NCBI GenBank assembly: GCA_017994375.1
Contig: JAGOLA010000001.1
Location: 1-47,690 of the forward strand
Source: Candidatus Omnitrophota bacterium
GTDB lineage: Bacteria; Omnitrophota; Gorgyraeia; Duberdicusellales; 4484-171
Direction: 5' to 3'
Length of the DNA stretch: 47,690 nucleotides
Below, piece after piece: positions 19,330 through 29,319 of the stretch. The notes under the pieces were generated by a model. It made no database searches. It had not been told where the DNA came from and saw nothing but the letters and a program-made list of their open reading frames with translations. Numbering within the stretch: position 1 is the first letter of the stretch; each line of letters begins with the position of its first letter. The position numbers and the translations under genes were made by a program.

Positions 19330-21165
19330 ATGGGAGCAAAACAAAAGAAACCTCTTCTTTACTTAACCTATCAGAGGTTAAAAGAAATATTTCACCGCAC
19401 CGGCGTAAAACCCAAAAATTTTATTTTACCTTTATTTTTAGGTTTATTAGCCGCGGGCTTTGAAGCTATAAGCGCTGCCCTTTTGATACCTTTGGCCCAA
19501 GCAGTTATCACTATGGATTTTACTTCTTTAAGAGTGCCTTTCTTAACAAGCTTAACTTTTTTAAAACCTTTTCAGAAGTTTATTGACAACGGCGTTTTAG
19601 CTTTTGGGCTAATAGTAGCAGTAGTCTTTTTAGCCGCACTATTAAAAAATGTAATCCAATACCTTTCTTCATTAAGCATTGCTCACCAGCTACGCCGTTT
19701 TAGCAATTCTTTACGCCAGGTTATTTTTGACCGCTACCTTAGTTTCGGAAAATTATTTTTTGACCGCACTAATGCTGGCCATCTAAAGTATATCCTTACT
19801 GGCGGTAACGGCTTAATCATCGAAGAGCTTATGCACTTGCATGCCATATTTTCTACCGCTTTTATGTTTATTGTCTACCTTACTATAATGTTTGCCATTT
19901 CCTGGAAGTTAACCCTTCTTTGCATAGCGGTTTTCCCAATTCTAAATTTCTCTATCCGTTGGTTAATAATAAAAATTCAACAAACTTCTACTCCTTATAT
20001 AAAAGCCCAATTTACCTTGGTAGACCTTTTAAATAATATCCTTTCTTGCCTGCCGTTGGTTAAAGCTTACTCGCGGGAAGAGAGAGAAAAACAGAATTTT
20101 AATAAATCCAGCAATCTATTGCAAGAATGGGAATTTAGCATGGACAAGAAGACACAGCTTACCGAACCTTTCCAGGAAATTATAGTCCATATTGCAGTTT
20201 TAATCATACTTTTACTTATGGCTTTTATGGTAGTAAGAGGAGAGGCTCACCGTCTAAGCAGTTTTTTAGTTTATTTTTATATTCTTCGGCGAGCCGAAAG
20301 AGGATTTGCCATACCTAATAAAATCAAAGCTCTCTTGGCACGGATAAGCGGCCCGGCCGAGGAGCTAGCCGATATTTTTAGCGATAAGGATAAATTTTTT
20401 GTTCCCGGAGGAGACAAACTTTTTAAGGGTTTAAAAGAAAGTATTGATTTTCGTAATTTAAGTTTTTCTTATATCCCCCAAAAGATAGTGTTAAATAATA
20501 TTACTTTCTCTATCAAAAAAGGCGAGATGACTGCGATAGTCGGCCCCAGCGGAGCCGGGAAAAGCACCATTATAAATCTTATAATGCGTTTCTATGATTG
20601 TCCTGTTTCTAGAATTTTTGTAGATAGCGAAGACATCCGGAATTTTAAATTAGAATCTCTAAGACGCCATATTGCTTTAGTTAGCCAAGACACTTTGCTT
20701 TTCAACGACACTTTAAAGGCCAATATAACATACGGCTTTGATCAAGATTTAGACGAAGAAGTTCTTATTACTGCTGCTAAGAAAGCGCGATTATATGATT
20801 TTATCATGGCTTTGCCGGATAAATTTAATACTAGGATAGGAGACAGAGGAGTTCAGCTTTCCGGTGGAGAAAAACAAAGAGTATCCATTATGAGGGCCTT
20901 ATTAAAAAATGCCGAAATATTAATTTTAGACGAAGCCACCAGCTCTTTAGATTCTAGAATCGAACGCTTAATCCAAGAAGCAATCGAAGAAGTTATAAAA
21001 GGTAGGACTACCTTAGTTATAGCACACAGATTATCTACCATTCGTAATACTAATAAGATATTAGTCATAGAAGAAGGAAAGTTAGTAGAGGAAGGAACAT
21101 TGGAGGGTTTGCTCAATAAAAAAGGTAAATTTTATCAATATTGGCAAGAGCAAAAGTTCTATTAA
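19330..21165 (+). CDS. ABC exporter, fused permease-ATPase (MsbA/PglK-type lipid or lipid-linked-oligosaccharide flippase)
   Basis: 611 aa. N-terminal 6-TM exporter domain, Walker A GPSGAGKST, signature LSGGEKQR, Walker B ILILDEATSSLD, H-loop VIAHRLST. Confidence 0.85.
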   Translation: MGAKQKKPLLYLTYQRLKEIFHRTGVKPKNFILPLFLGLLAAGFEAISAALLIPLAQAVITMDFTSLRVPFLTSLTFLKPFQKFIDNGVLAFGLIVAVVFLAALLKNVIQYLSSLSIAHQLRRFSNSLRQVIFDRYLSFGKLFFDRTNAGHLKYILTGGNGLIIEELMHLHAIFSTAFMFIVYLTIMFAISWKLTLLCIAVFPILNFSIRWLIIKIQQTSTPYIKAQFTLVDLLNNILSCLPLVKAYSREEREKQNFNKSSNLLQEWEFSMDKKTQLTEPFQEIIVHIAVLIILLLMAFMVVRGEAHRLSSFLVYFYILRRAERGFAIPNKIKALLARISGPAEELADIFSDKDKFFVPGGDKLFKGLKESIDFRNLSFSYIPQKIVLNNITFSIKKGEMTAIVGPSGAGKSTIINLIMRFYDCPVSRIFVDSEDIRNFKLESLRRHIALVSQDTLLFNDTLKANITYGFDQDLDEEVLITAAKKARLYDFIMALPDKFNTRIGDRGVQLSGGEKQRVSIMRALLKNAEILILDEATSSLDSRIERLIQEAIEEVIKGRTTLVIAHRLSTIRNTNKILVIEEGKLVEEGTLEGLLNKKGKFYQYWQEQKFY

Positions 21166-21184
21166 TGCTGCTTAAAATAAGATT

Positions 21185-21814
21185 ATGGCTGGAAAACAGA
21201 AAGTAATAATTGATTTAGGCTGCGGCTGTAATAAACACCAGGGAGCTATCGGCGTTGACAATATAAAATTAGCCGGGGTTGATATTATACATGACCTTTT
21301 AGATTTTCCTTATCCCTTTAATGATGAAAGCGCCGATGAAGTTATCTTAAGCCATGTTTTAGAACATTTTTATTTAAAAGATATTATTAAAATTTTAGAC
21401 GAAACCGGAAGAATATTAAAAAAAGAGGGAGAATTAACTATTTCTGTCCCCCATGTTTTTTGTAGCGGAGCTTTTATGGATCCCGGCCATAAAAGTTTTT
21501 TTTGTTATGAAACTCTTTACTATTTCACTAAAGAACACACAGCTTATTATAGAAAAGATTTAAAAACTAAATATAACTGGGAGATAAAGAAGCTGTGGAC
21601 TTCGGTAAATTTTTTTAACGATCACTTTGGAAAAATTACTCCTTTAAAAAGAAAAATATCTTCTTTTCTTACCATAATTATGAATTTTATTTTAAGTAAT
21701 ACTACTAGTAAAGTCTTACCGGATATGTTGGTAAAATTCTCTCCCTTTTGGTTAGTTAACATTCACGCAAAGTTACATAAAGTAGAATGTACCGACAAAT
21801 CTACTCAAAGTTGA
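21185..21814 (+). CDS. SAM-dependent methyltransferase (type 11-like)
   Basis: Motif I VIIDLGCGCNK, then EVILSHVLEHF and GRILKKEGEL. Confidence 0.65.
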   Translation: MAGKQKVIIDLGCGCNKHQGAIGVDNIKLAGVDIIHDLLDFPYPFNDESADEVILSHVLEHFYLKDIIKILDETGRILKKEGELTISVPHVFCSGAFMDPGHKSFFCYETLYYFTKEHTAYYRKDLKTKYNWEIKKLWTSVNFFNDHFGKITPLKRKISSFLTIIMNFILSNTTSKVLPDMLVKFSPFWLVNIHAKLHKVECTDKSTQS

Positions 21815-23073
21815 TCCCTTTGGGCTTAAGAAAAGCATTAAGAGGTTTCTTTGCTTTTAAGCCTTGGCAGTTAATTTTTTTACCGTTATACCCTTTGGTT
21901 AGCATTTTAGGTTTTAAAAGAAGAAAGAGAATCATCCCCGATATCGATAAAATTTTGGTTATCAATCTGGGTGCTACAGGCGATAATTTACTTTCTACCC
22001 CAGCTATAAAAGCTTTAAAAGAAAGATTCCCTCAAGCTTCCATTGATATTATGACCGGCAGTTTAACTTCGATGCAGGCTTATCTTAATAATCCAAGGAT
22101 AAGGAGAGTTTTTAGGGTTCAACAATTTCCAACCGCAAGCATCAAATATAAGTTTGCAAAAAAATCAAGAATTATCTTAAGCACCTTAAAAGTTTTTTAT
22201 TATTATCCTACCTTAGTATTAAGCCTGTTATTTAAGAATTATAAATTAGGTATAAATTTTTGTGCCTTTAAAGGAGGGGCTAATTTTTCCGATATTATTA
22301 TGTATCTATGTGGTATACCTAACAGGATAGGCGGTTTTAGCCAGTACCCGGAATTATTAACCGCTAAAAAAGAAAATTTGCACACTTTATCTTGGATAGA
22401 TAGCTATTTAGCGATTGCTTCTTTGGCAGGAGCAGAAACTTTCGATACCGAATTAGAGTTTTTTTTAAGCAATGACGATGAAATTTTTGTCCGGGATTTT
22501 TTAAAAGAAAATAATATCGATGAGCAAAATATCATCTTGGATGTTTCGCCTGGAGCCAATACTTATGTCAATAATAAAAGATGGAATATAGCCAACTTTG
22601 CCGAAGTTATTAATAAACTCAAGGATAATTATAATTTTAACCTTTTATTGTTAGGTTCAAGAGAAGAAGAGCAGTTAATAAGTGATCTTCGAAAGAAATT
22701 AAAAATGAAGGCGGTCTTTTTATTAGGAGCAGAATTATCTAAAGTGGCAGCTTTGTTAAAGAAGAGTGATATTTTATTAACTAATGATAATGCTATTCTT
22801 CATCTTGGCAATGCTGTTGGGGTTAGCCATATTATTTCTGTTTTCGGGCCGACAAATCCTACTAAAATAGTGCCTAAAAATAATCGCAATAAATACCTAG
22901 TTTCTCGCTTAGAATGCGCACCTTGCATTGATATCGATGCTGGGGATGAGTCCAAAAAATGCCCAAGACCCCATGGGCAGGAATGTTTTGATTCCGTAAA
23001 ACCGGATCAAGTTTACAATGAACTAAAGAATTCTTTTTCTCAAGTAACGAAAACTAAAGTCATAAAGAAATGA
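21787..23073 (+). CDS. glycosyltransferase family 9 (heptosyltransferase-like) with N-terminal hydrophobic extension
   Basis: KILVINLGATGDNLLSTPAIKALKERFP is the GT9 N-terminal signature. The C-terminal half has LLTNDNAILHLGNAVG and FGPTNP. An approximately 55-aa extension with a hydrophobic segment precedes the domain. Confidence 0.75.
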   Translation: MYRQIYSKLIPLGLRKALRGFFAFKPWQLIFLPLYPLVSILGFKRRKRIIPDIDKILVINLGATGDNLLSTPAIKALKERFPQASIDIMTGSLTSMQAYLNNPRIRRVFRVQQFPTASIKYKFAKKSRIILSTLKVFYYYPTLVLSLLFKNYKLGINFCAFKGGANFSDIIMYLCGIPNRIGGFSQYPELLTAKKENLHTLSWIDSYLAIASLAGAETFDTELEFFLSNDDEIFVRDFLKENNIDEQNIILDVSPGANTYVNNKRWNIANFAEVINKLKDNYNFNLLLLGSREEEQLISDLRKKLKMKAVFLLGAELSKVAALLKKSDILLTNDNAILHLGNAVGVSHIISVFGPTNPTKIVPKNNRNKYLVSRLECAPCIDIDAGDESKKCPRPHGQECFDSVKPDQVYNELKNSFSQVTKTKVIKK

Positions 23074-24266
23074 AAATTTGTTTTGTAGAAAGAGGCTATC
23101 CCCGCAATAATTATGGCGGAGGAGCCGGAACCTACGTACAGCTTTGTGCCAAAGAGCTTATAAAACTAGGGCATAAGCCTTTTGTGGTTACTAAAAGTTT
23201 GGATAACAAAACCAGAGAATTTAACGATGAAGGAATAATAGTACAAGAAGTAGCCGTAAGAACTTGGCCGTGGTATTTGACTAAAATACCAATTTTAGGA
23301 CCTATCTTGGCAAAATTATTTCAGATAATCGAAGAAGGATTGGCCATCAACAAAAAAATAAAGAATATTCACCGTCAATTTGGCTTAGATATAGTAGAAT
23401 TAGCCGAGACCCCAAATTTTTTATACCCTTTATTTATAAGAATACCTTACGTAGTTCATTTGCACGGAAGTAGTTTTACTTTCAAAAAATACTGCCAAGA
23501 AAAGATACTAGTGGAAGATAAACTGCAGCGATATTTAGAAGGCGTAGTAATTAAAAGAGCCGATACTATTACGTCTCCTTCCGAGTTTTTAAAAGAAGAA
23601 ATTAGTGGAGAATTTAAGATAGGGCCCGATAAAATTAAGGTGATACCTTATCCGATAGACCAAAAACTTCTTTTAATAAAAAAGAAAGAAATCAAAGGCC
23701 CTAAGATTATTTTCTACGCCGGACGATTAGAGAAACGCAAAGGAGTACATATCTTGTTAGAGGCTATTCCGTTAGTAACAGCTAAAGAACCGGCGGTAAA
23801 ATTTTTGTTTTTTGGCAGCAAAGAGGATAAAAATATAAGAGAAAAGATAAAAGCTTACCTTAATGACAGTAATTTAGCGGCCAAGGTTGAATTTTATCCT
23901 TTTACTCCCAAAAATAAATTATTGAATTATTTAGCAGAGGCGGACATTTGCGTAGTTCCGTCATTATGGGATAACTCGCCTAACGTTATTTATGAAGCTA
24001 TGGCCGCCGGTAAAGCCGTAGTTGCCACAGCTGTGGGAGGAATAAAAGAGTTAATAGTAGATAATCAAACCGGAGTATTATTTTCTTCCTATAATAGCAA
24101 AACTTTAGCCGAGAAGATAATTGAGTTGTTAAGCAATAAGGAAAAAAGAGAAAAAATCTCTGCCAAAGCCAAGGAAGAAGCTGCCAGAAGATTTAATGCC
24201 GAGCTAGTAACTCAAGAACGCTTGAAAATATATCAGCATATTTTTTTATGCCAAGAGGAGCAATAG
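23070..24266 (+). CDS. glycosyltransferase family 4
   Basis: GT-B retaining-type EX7E region CVVPSLWDNSPNVIYEAMAAGKAVVATAVGGIKELIVDNQTGVL. ATGA overlap with the upstream gene. Confidence 0.85.
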   Translation: MKICFVERGYPRNNYGGGAGTYVQLCAKELIKLGHKPFVVTKSLDNKTREFNDEGIIVQEVAVRTWPWYLTKIPILGPILAKLFQIIEEGLAINKKIKNIHRQFGLDIVELAETPNFLYPLFIRIPYVVHLHGSSFTFKKYCQEKILVEDKLQRYLEGVVIKRADTITSPSEFLKEEISGEFKIGPDKIKVIPYPIDQKLLLIKKKEIKGPKIIFYAGRLEKRKGVHILLEAIPLVTAKEPAVKFLFFGSKEDKNIREKIKAYLNDSNLAAKVEFYPFTPKNKLLNYLAEADICVVPSLWDNSPNVIYEAMAAGKAVVATAVGGIKELIVDNQTGVLFSSYNSKTLAEKIIELLSNKEKREKISAKAKEEAARRFNAELVTQERLKIYQHIFLCQEEQ

Positions 24267-25030
24267 CCAGAACAATTTATAAAGCTCTTTATAATACCTT
24301 AAGATATTCTTTTGAGGTTAAAAAAGGAGTTGTTTTAGATATCCCGATATTGATGTACCACCAAATTGGTTTAAAACAGCATTCCGAATACCCTTCTATT
24401 TACACCTCTAAAGATAGTTTCGAAAAACAGATGAGAATTTTAAAAGAATCAGGCTATGAAACTATTTATCTTTCAGAATACGCTCAAATTTTGAAGCGGC
24501 CCGGTTCTTCTATCAAGAAAAGAATTGTCATCTGTTTTGACGATGCTTATGAAGGAGTTTATAAATTTGCCTATCCGGTGTTGGCAAAATATAACTTCAA
24601 AGCTGTGGTTTTCATTATAACCGAAAAATTAAAGAAGAAACTCATACCCAGAAGTTTTCCTTTCCTAAGTATTAATCAAATTAAGGAATTGCAGAAGCAT
24701 AATTTTAAAGTAGCCTCACACTCTTATTCTCATGCTGATTTGACAAAAGTTAATAATATAGCTTTAGAACGGGAAATCGGAGAATCTAAAAGAATTTTAG
24801 AAGATATTTTTAGTGCTAAGGTAGAGAGTTTTTCTTATCCGATGAATAAATATAATGCCCAAGTAATAGAAATGGTAAAAAAACACGGTTATACTTGTGC
24901 CTGCACCGATAATTTAGGTTTATATAACTTTAAAGAAGATCTTTTCACCTTAAAAAGGATTGCGATGCTAAATACTATCAGTAAGTTAAAAATTCTTTAT
25001 CGTCTTAGGATAGTCGGTAAAACAGTTTAA
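24248..25030 (+). CDS. polysaccharide deacetylase (NodB-homology) family protein
   Basis: VICFDDAYEGVY (D-D motif) and ASHSYSHADL (His motif). Confidence 0.75.
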   Translation: MPRGAIARTIYKALYNTLRYSFEVKKGVVLDIPILMYHQIGLKQHSEYPSIYTSKDSFEKQMRILKESGYETIYLSEYAQILKRPGSSIKKRIVICFDDAYEGVYKFAYPVLAKYNFKAVVFIITEKLKKKLIPRSFPFLSINQIKELQKHNFKVASHSYSHADLTKVNNIALEREIGESKRILEDIFSAKVESFSYPMNKYNAQVIEMVKKHGYTCACTDNLGLYNFKEDLFTLKRIAMLNTISKLKILYRLRIVGKTV

Positions 25031-25039
25031 AATTAATTT

Positions 25040-25849
25040 ATGTTAGGCGCCAGCGCCTATATCTTAGAGAGTGATATTTTTTGCCGGCAAATAGTTAAAT
25101 TATTCGGCAGCCATAATTTTGGTATAAGAGCCAGAGCATTATATTTTATCGATAGTATAAGAAAATTAAATTTAAGATACAAGACTATTTTAGATGCTGG
25201 TTGTGCCGAAGGTTACCTTAGCTTTTACCTGGCTCATAAATTGAAAGATTCAGAAATCGTAGGAGTTGATATCGATAGTGAAAAAATTAAAAAAGCTAAC
25301 GAAGTAGCAAGACATTTTAACAAGAAAAATTTACAATATTTAGAAAAAGACCTTAACTTTTTAGAGCAACAAAAGATAAAAGCAGATTTTATATACTCCT
25401 TGGATGTTATGATTTATCTTAAAGATGATCAAGGAGTTTTAAGACAATTCTATAAGTGTTTAGACAAAAAAGGTTTATTATTCATACACGTACCGAGAGA
25501 AAGCCCGGTTTTTAATAGGCCCAAACTGTATTTTAGAAGATTTCTTTCTTTTGCTAGTAAGATCAATCTTGAAAAAGAAAATATTTTTGAACAAAAAATA
25601 AGAGCTTGTTATAACCAAAAAGACTTAGAGAATAAAATAATTTCAGCCGGATTCCAAATTATACAAGAGAAAATTACTTTCGGTTGCCTGGGAATGATAG
25701 CTCATACTCTTTTTGAGTCGATAAGAAGTAAATCACGGATTTTCCATTACTTATTACTACCTTTGCTACTTTTTTTGGTTTATTTTGATATACTAATACC
25801 TAAAAAAGAAGGAGCAGGGTTGGCAATTCTTGCCCAAAAACAGAGCTAG
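25040..25849 (+). CDS. SAM-dependent methyltransferase with C-terminal hydrophobic tail
   Basis: Motif I ILDAGCAEGYLSFYLA. The C-terminal segment IFHYLLLPLLLFLVYFDILIP looks membrane-associated. Confidence 0.65.
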   Translation: MLGASAYILESDIFCRQIVKLFGSHNFGIRARALYFIDSIRKLNLRYKTILDAGCAEGYLSFYLAHKLKDSEIVGVDIDSEKIKKANEVARHFNKKNLQYLEKDLNFLEQQKIKADFIYSLDVMIYLKDDQGVLRQFYKCLDKKGLLFIHVPRESPVFNRPKLYFRRFLSFASKINLEKENIFEQKIRACYNQKDLENKIISAGFQIIQEKITFGCLGMIAHTLFESIRSKSRIFHYLLLPLLLFLVYFDILIPKKEGAGLAILAQKQS

Positions 25850-25853
25850 ATTC

Positions 25854-27077
25854 ATGAATATAGTTATAGTTAACCAGTGGTGTTCTTACGAAAATCCCAA
25901 AGGCGGCGTGGGGAAATATAATTATTATTTAGCTAAAGCCTGCCAACAATTAGGGCACAAGGTAGTTATAATAACCTCTCTTCATAAAGGCGAAAAGGTT
26001 TTTGAAAGTTTACCAGAGATAGATACTTATCGAATAAGACAATTAGCTTTTCCTTGGTTTCTGGCCAATAAAACAATTTTAGGTGCCTTCTTAAGATTAT
26101 TAAGGGATCTTTTATATAGCCTTTCGGTACAAAGAATTTTAATCAGGCTCAATAAGAAGCTTAAGATAGATATTGTGGAGTATGCCGAGATAAATTCCGA
26201 AGGATTTATCCATGCTATCTTTGGGCCAAAAGAGGTGCCTTTTGTGGTAAGATGCCACACCCCTTACTATATTCTTAAAGACTATTATCTGCGAGAAGAA
26301 TTTTCCTTTAGCAGTCCTTTACTTTATTGGATGGAGCGGATTTTTATCCGTAAGGCCCTACAACTTACTACCCCCAGCAATAATTTAAAAGCGCTTATTA
26401 TAGATAAGTTCGGCGTTAATGAAAAAAAGATAATAACTATACCCAACTTTATCGATACCGATAAATTTCACCCTCTAAAAAGTTTAGATGATAAAAATAT
26501 CGAAAAAATAAAAATACTCTATGTAGGCAGGTTAGAACGAGCTAAGGGAATATTTGTTTTTGCTGAGGCGATAAAGAGATTAAGGCAGGATTATCCAGGT
26601 AAGATAGAGGCTATATTGGTAGGCGCAGATTGTTTTTCCAGAAATAGGTTCTCACAACGTAAAGTATTAACCTCTCTTTTATCTTCAGAAAAAGATTCAG
26701 AGGCAGTAGTATTTAAAGGAGAAGTTTCGGAGGAAGAATTATTGGGAATTTATAATGAATGCGATATTTTTGTTAATCCTTCTTTGATTTATGAGAGTTT
26801 TTCTTATACTTGCCTGGAAGCAATGTCATGCGCTAAGCCAGTAGTCGCTAGCAATATCGGCGGAATTAGCGAAGTAGTATTAGATAAAGAAACTGGGTTT
26901 TTATTTGCCGCTGGCAACAGTGAAGAATTAGTAGCCAAATTAAAAATATTAATCGCTGATCCTAATAAGCGTAACAAAATGGGTGAGTCCGGTAGAGAGA
27001 GAGCTAAAAATAATTTCTTTTCTTTAGAAGTAGTTAAAAAAAATATCGAGCTTTACCGAAGAATTAGCAATAAATAA
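25854..27077 (+). CDS. glycosyltransferase family 4
   Basis: FVNPSLIYESFSYTCLEAMSCAKPVVASNIGGISEVVLDKETGFLF. Start moved to MNIVIVNQW (25854). The track's 25830 start overlaps the previous gene by 20 nt. Confidence 0.85.
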   Translation: MNIVIVNQWCSYENPKGGVGKYNYYLAKACQQLGHKVVIITSLHKGEKVFESLPEIDTYRIRQLAFPWFLANKTILGAFLRLLRDLLYSLSVQRILIRLNKKLKIDIVEYAEINSEGFIHAIFGPKEVPFVVRCHTPYYILKDYYLREEFSFSSPLLYWMERIFIRKALQLTTPSNNLKALIIDKFGVNEKKIITIPNFIDTDKFHPLKSLDDKNIEKIKILYVGRLERAKGIFVFAEAIKRLRQDYPGKIEAILVGADCFSRNRFSQRKVLTSLLSSEKDSEAVVFKGEVSEEELLGIYNECDIFVNPSLIYESFSYTCLEAMSCAKPVVASNIGGISEVVLDKETGFLFAAGNSEELVAKLKILIADPNKRNKMGESGRERAKNNFFSLEVVKKNIELYRRISNK

Positions 27078-28222
27078 TGAAAATAGCATTGATCACACCT
27101 ACTTACTTGCCTAATAAAGGAGGGGTAGAGACTTTTTTATTAGACTTAGTCGGTTATTTTAATTCTCAAGGTCATAATATTAAGGTAATTACTCAAAAAT
27201 ACCCTCAAAAGTCAAAACCTCAAGAAGATATAAACGGAATAGAGGTTATAAGATTTTTATTTTTTGATCCTAAACTGCCCAGTTTTACTTTAAGAAGCAT
27301 CTTAGCTTATCTTTATACTTTTCTTTTAGCTCCGCTTAATTTAATCCGGTTTTTTATCGCCATAGATAGCTTTAATCCCGACGTTATAAGCTATCATTTT
27401 CCGGGAGCAATTAATTACTTTCTACTTTTTTATTTAAGGTTGCGAAGAAAAAAAATTATTGTCTCTCTTCACGGAGCAGATACTAGAGAGCTACCCTATG
27501 CTTCGAATATTTCTCGGTTTCTTTTGCAGAAAATATTAAAAAAAGCTAATTTTATAACAACTAATTCCCATTTTATCTTAAAAGAAGCAATGTTAATTGA
27601 GAAAAATATTAATCAAAAAGCCAGAGTGATTTATAATGGCATAAAGCAAGATTTTTTAAGCAACCAGAATCCTTATCGCTATAAAGAAAGATATCTATTG
27701 TCTATGGGCCGGTTAATAGCCAAGAAGGGATTTGATATTTTGATCAAAGCTTTTAACGAAGTCCTTAAATTTAGGAACGACATTTCTTTATTTATTGTCG
27801 GAGAGGGGCCGGAAAAAGAAAATTTAGTTCGATTAATTAATAAACTTAATTTAGAAGACAAGATTAAATTATTGCCTTGGTCTAGCCGAGGACAAGTAGC
27901 CCAATATCTAAAAGGATGCCAATTTTTAGTCTTACCTTCCCGTTACGAAGCCTTTGGGATGGTTATTATTGAGTCTTGGTTGGCAGAGAAACCGGTAGTA
28001 ACTAGGTCTTTAGGCGGCCCCCAAGAAATAATTAAAGATGGCATTAATGGTCTTTTAGTTAAAGAAGAAACTGCTCAAGATTTATCTAAAAGTATGATAA
28101 GGTTATTACAAGATAACCAATTATATGATAATCTGGTTAGAAATATTAGAGATATGGCTAAAGAGTTCAGTATAGAGAATACTGGCCGACAATATTTAGA
28201 GGTATTTAAAAGATGCGAATAG
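27077..28222 (+). CDS. glycosyltransferase family 4
   Basis: LVLPSRYEAFGMVIIESWLAEKPVVTRSLGGPQEIIKDGINGLLV. 1-nt overlap with the upstream stop. Confidence 0.85.
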   Translation: MKIALITPTYLPNKGGVETFLLDLVGYFNSQGHNIKVITQKYPQKSKPQEDINGIEVIRFLFFDPKLPSFTLRSILAYLYTFLLAPLNLIRFFIAIDSFNPDVISYHFPGAINYFLLFYLRLRRKKIIVSLHGADTRELPYASNISRFLLQKILKKANFITTNSHFILKEAMLIEKNINQKARVIYNGIKQDFLSNQNPYRYKERYLLSMGRLIAKKGFDILIKAFNEVLKFRNDISLFIVGEGPEKENLVRLINKLNLEDKIKLLPWSSRGQVAQYLKGCQFLVLPSRYEAFGMVIIESWLAEKPVVTRSLGGPQEIIKDGINGLLVKEETAQDLSKSMIRLLQDNQLYDNLVRNIRDMAKEFSIENTGRQYLEVFKRCE

Positions 28223-29319
28223 CTTTTATTAGCCCTTTTATCTATTGGTATAAACGCGGTATAGAAACTTTTACTTTAGGTTTGACCCAAGAATTAGTTA
28301 AAATTAACACCGATATAAATATTACGATATTGGCTTGGCATGGTAAAAATAGCCGCCAGATTCCTTATCTTTCGGATCGTTTAACGTTATCAAAAGTACC
28401 TTATAGCCGTTATTTTCAAGCCAATATCGCTGCTATTTATTATTGGGTAAATTTCTTTAAGAGTAAATACGATATCATAAATATTTTCTTTGCTTGTTAC
28501 GGCGAAGCCAAAGCCCTATCGACTTTATGGTTACTTCGCCGGCAAAAATTTAACATCATATTACAATATCCTTATAGCCAAGTTCCGCATCGCTATCAGG
28601 AATTTAAAAGGTATAATCTTATCGATAAAGCTGATAATATTATTTCAGTCAGTAGATTTGTAGCTGATGATCTAAAGAATTTTTGCGGCCGTGAAAGCAA
28701 AATAATCTATAATGGATTTAATAATTATCCGGTTATCTCCCGGAAAGAAAAAGAAAGTCAGCGCTTTGAAATGGGATTTAAGCCCCAAGATAAAATTTTA
28801 TTAAGTGTAGCGGCTTTAGAAGAAAGAAAAGGGATGTATAAAGTTATTAAAGCTATGCCTCTTCTTAAAAGAAAGTTTTCTAACCTTAAATATATTATTC
28901 TGGGCGAAGGTTCCGATAAAGCTAACTTAGTAAGCCTTATAAATAAAATGGGTTTAGAAAAAGAGGTTTTCTTAAAAGGTGAGACCGATAAGCCCGAACA
29001 ATTTTATGATATCGCCGATGTATTCGTTTTGCTTTCGCGAGGCGAAGCTTTCGGATTAGCGCTTATAGAAGCTATGGGGAAAGGTTTGCCGGTAGTAGTA
29101 GCAAAAGTTCGGCCTTTTGACGAAGTAGTTAATGACAGAACAGGTTTTTTAGTAGACGATAATAATCTTAGCGCAATAGCAGCAACTTTAGAAAAACTCC
29201 TTTCCGATGATATTTTACGCCAAACAATGGGAGAGCAAGCCCGATGCCTAGCAGTAGAAAATTTCACCTGGGGAAAGATAGCCTCTCAATATAGCGAACT
29301 TTTTTATTCACAATTATGA
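28213..29319 (+). CDS. glycosyltransferase family 4
   Basis: FVLLSRGEAFGLALIEAMGKGLPVVVAKVRPFDEVVNDRTGFLV. Confidence 0.82.
   Translation: MRIAFISPFIYWYKRGIETFTLGLTQELVKINTDINITILAWHGKNSRQIPYLSDRLTLSKVPYSRYFQANIAAIYYWVNFFKSKYDIINIFFACYGEAKALSTLWLLRRQKFNIILQYPYSQVPHRYQEFKRYNLIDKADNIISVSRFVADDLKNFCGRESKIIYNGFNNYPVISRKEKESQRFEMGFKPQDKILLSVAALEERKGMYKVIKAMPLLKRKFSNLKYIILGEGSDKANLVSLINKMGLEKEVFLKGETDKPEQFYDIADVFVLLSRGEAFGLALIEAMGKGLPVVVAKVRPFDEVVNDRTGFLVDDNNLSAIAATLEKLLSDDILRQTMGEQARCLAVENFTWGKIASQYSELFYSQL

Noticed and set aside
17004-21165. An intact prophage or integrative element next to tRNA-Val, suggested by the att-like repeat plus the excisionase-type HTH.
   Set aside because: No integrase, recombinase, replication or structural genes occur anywhere in the window. 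At most this is a scar or a domesticated remnant (reported as separate low-to-moderate findings).
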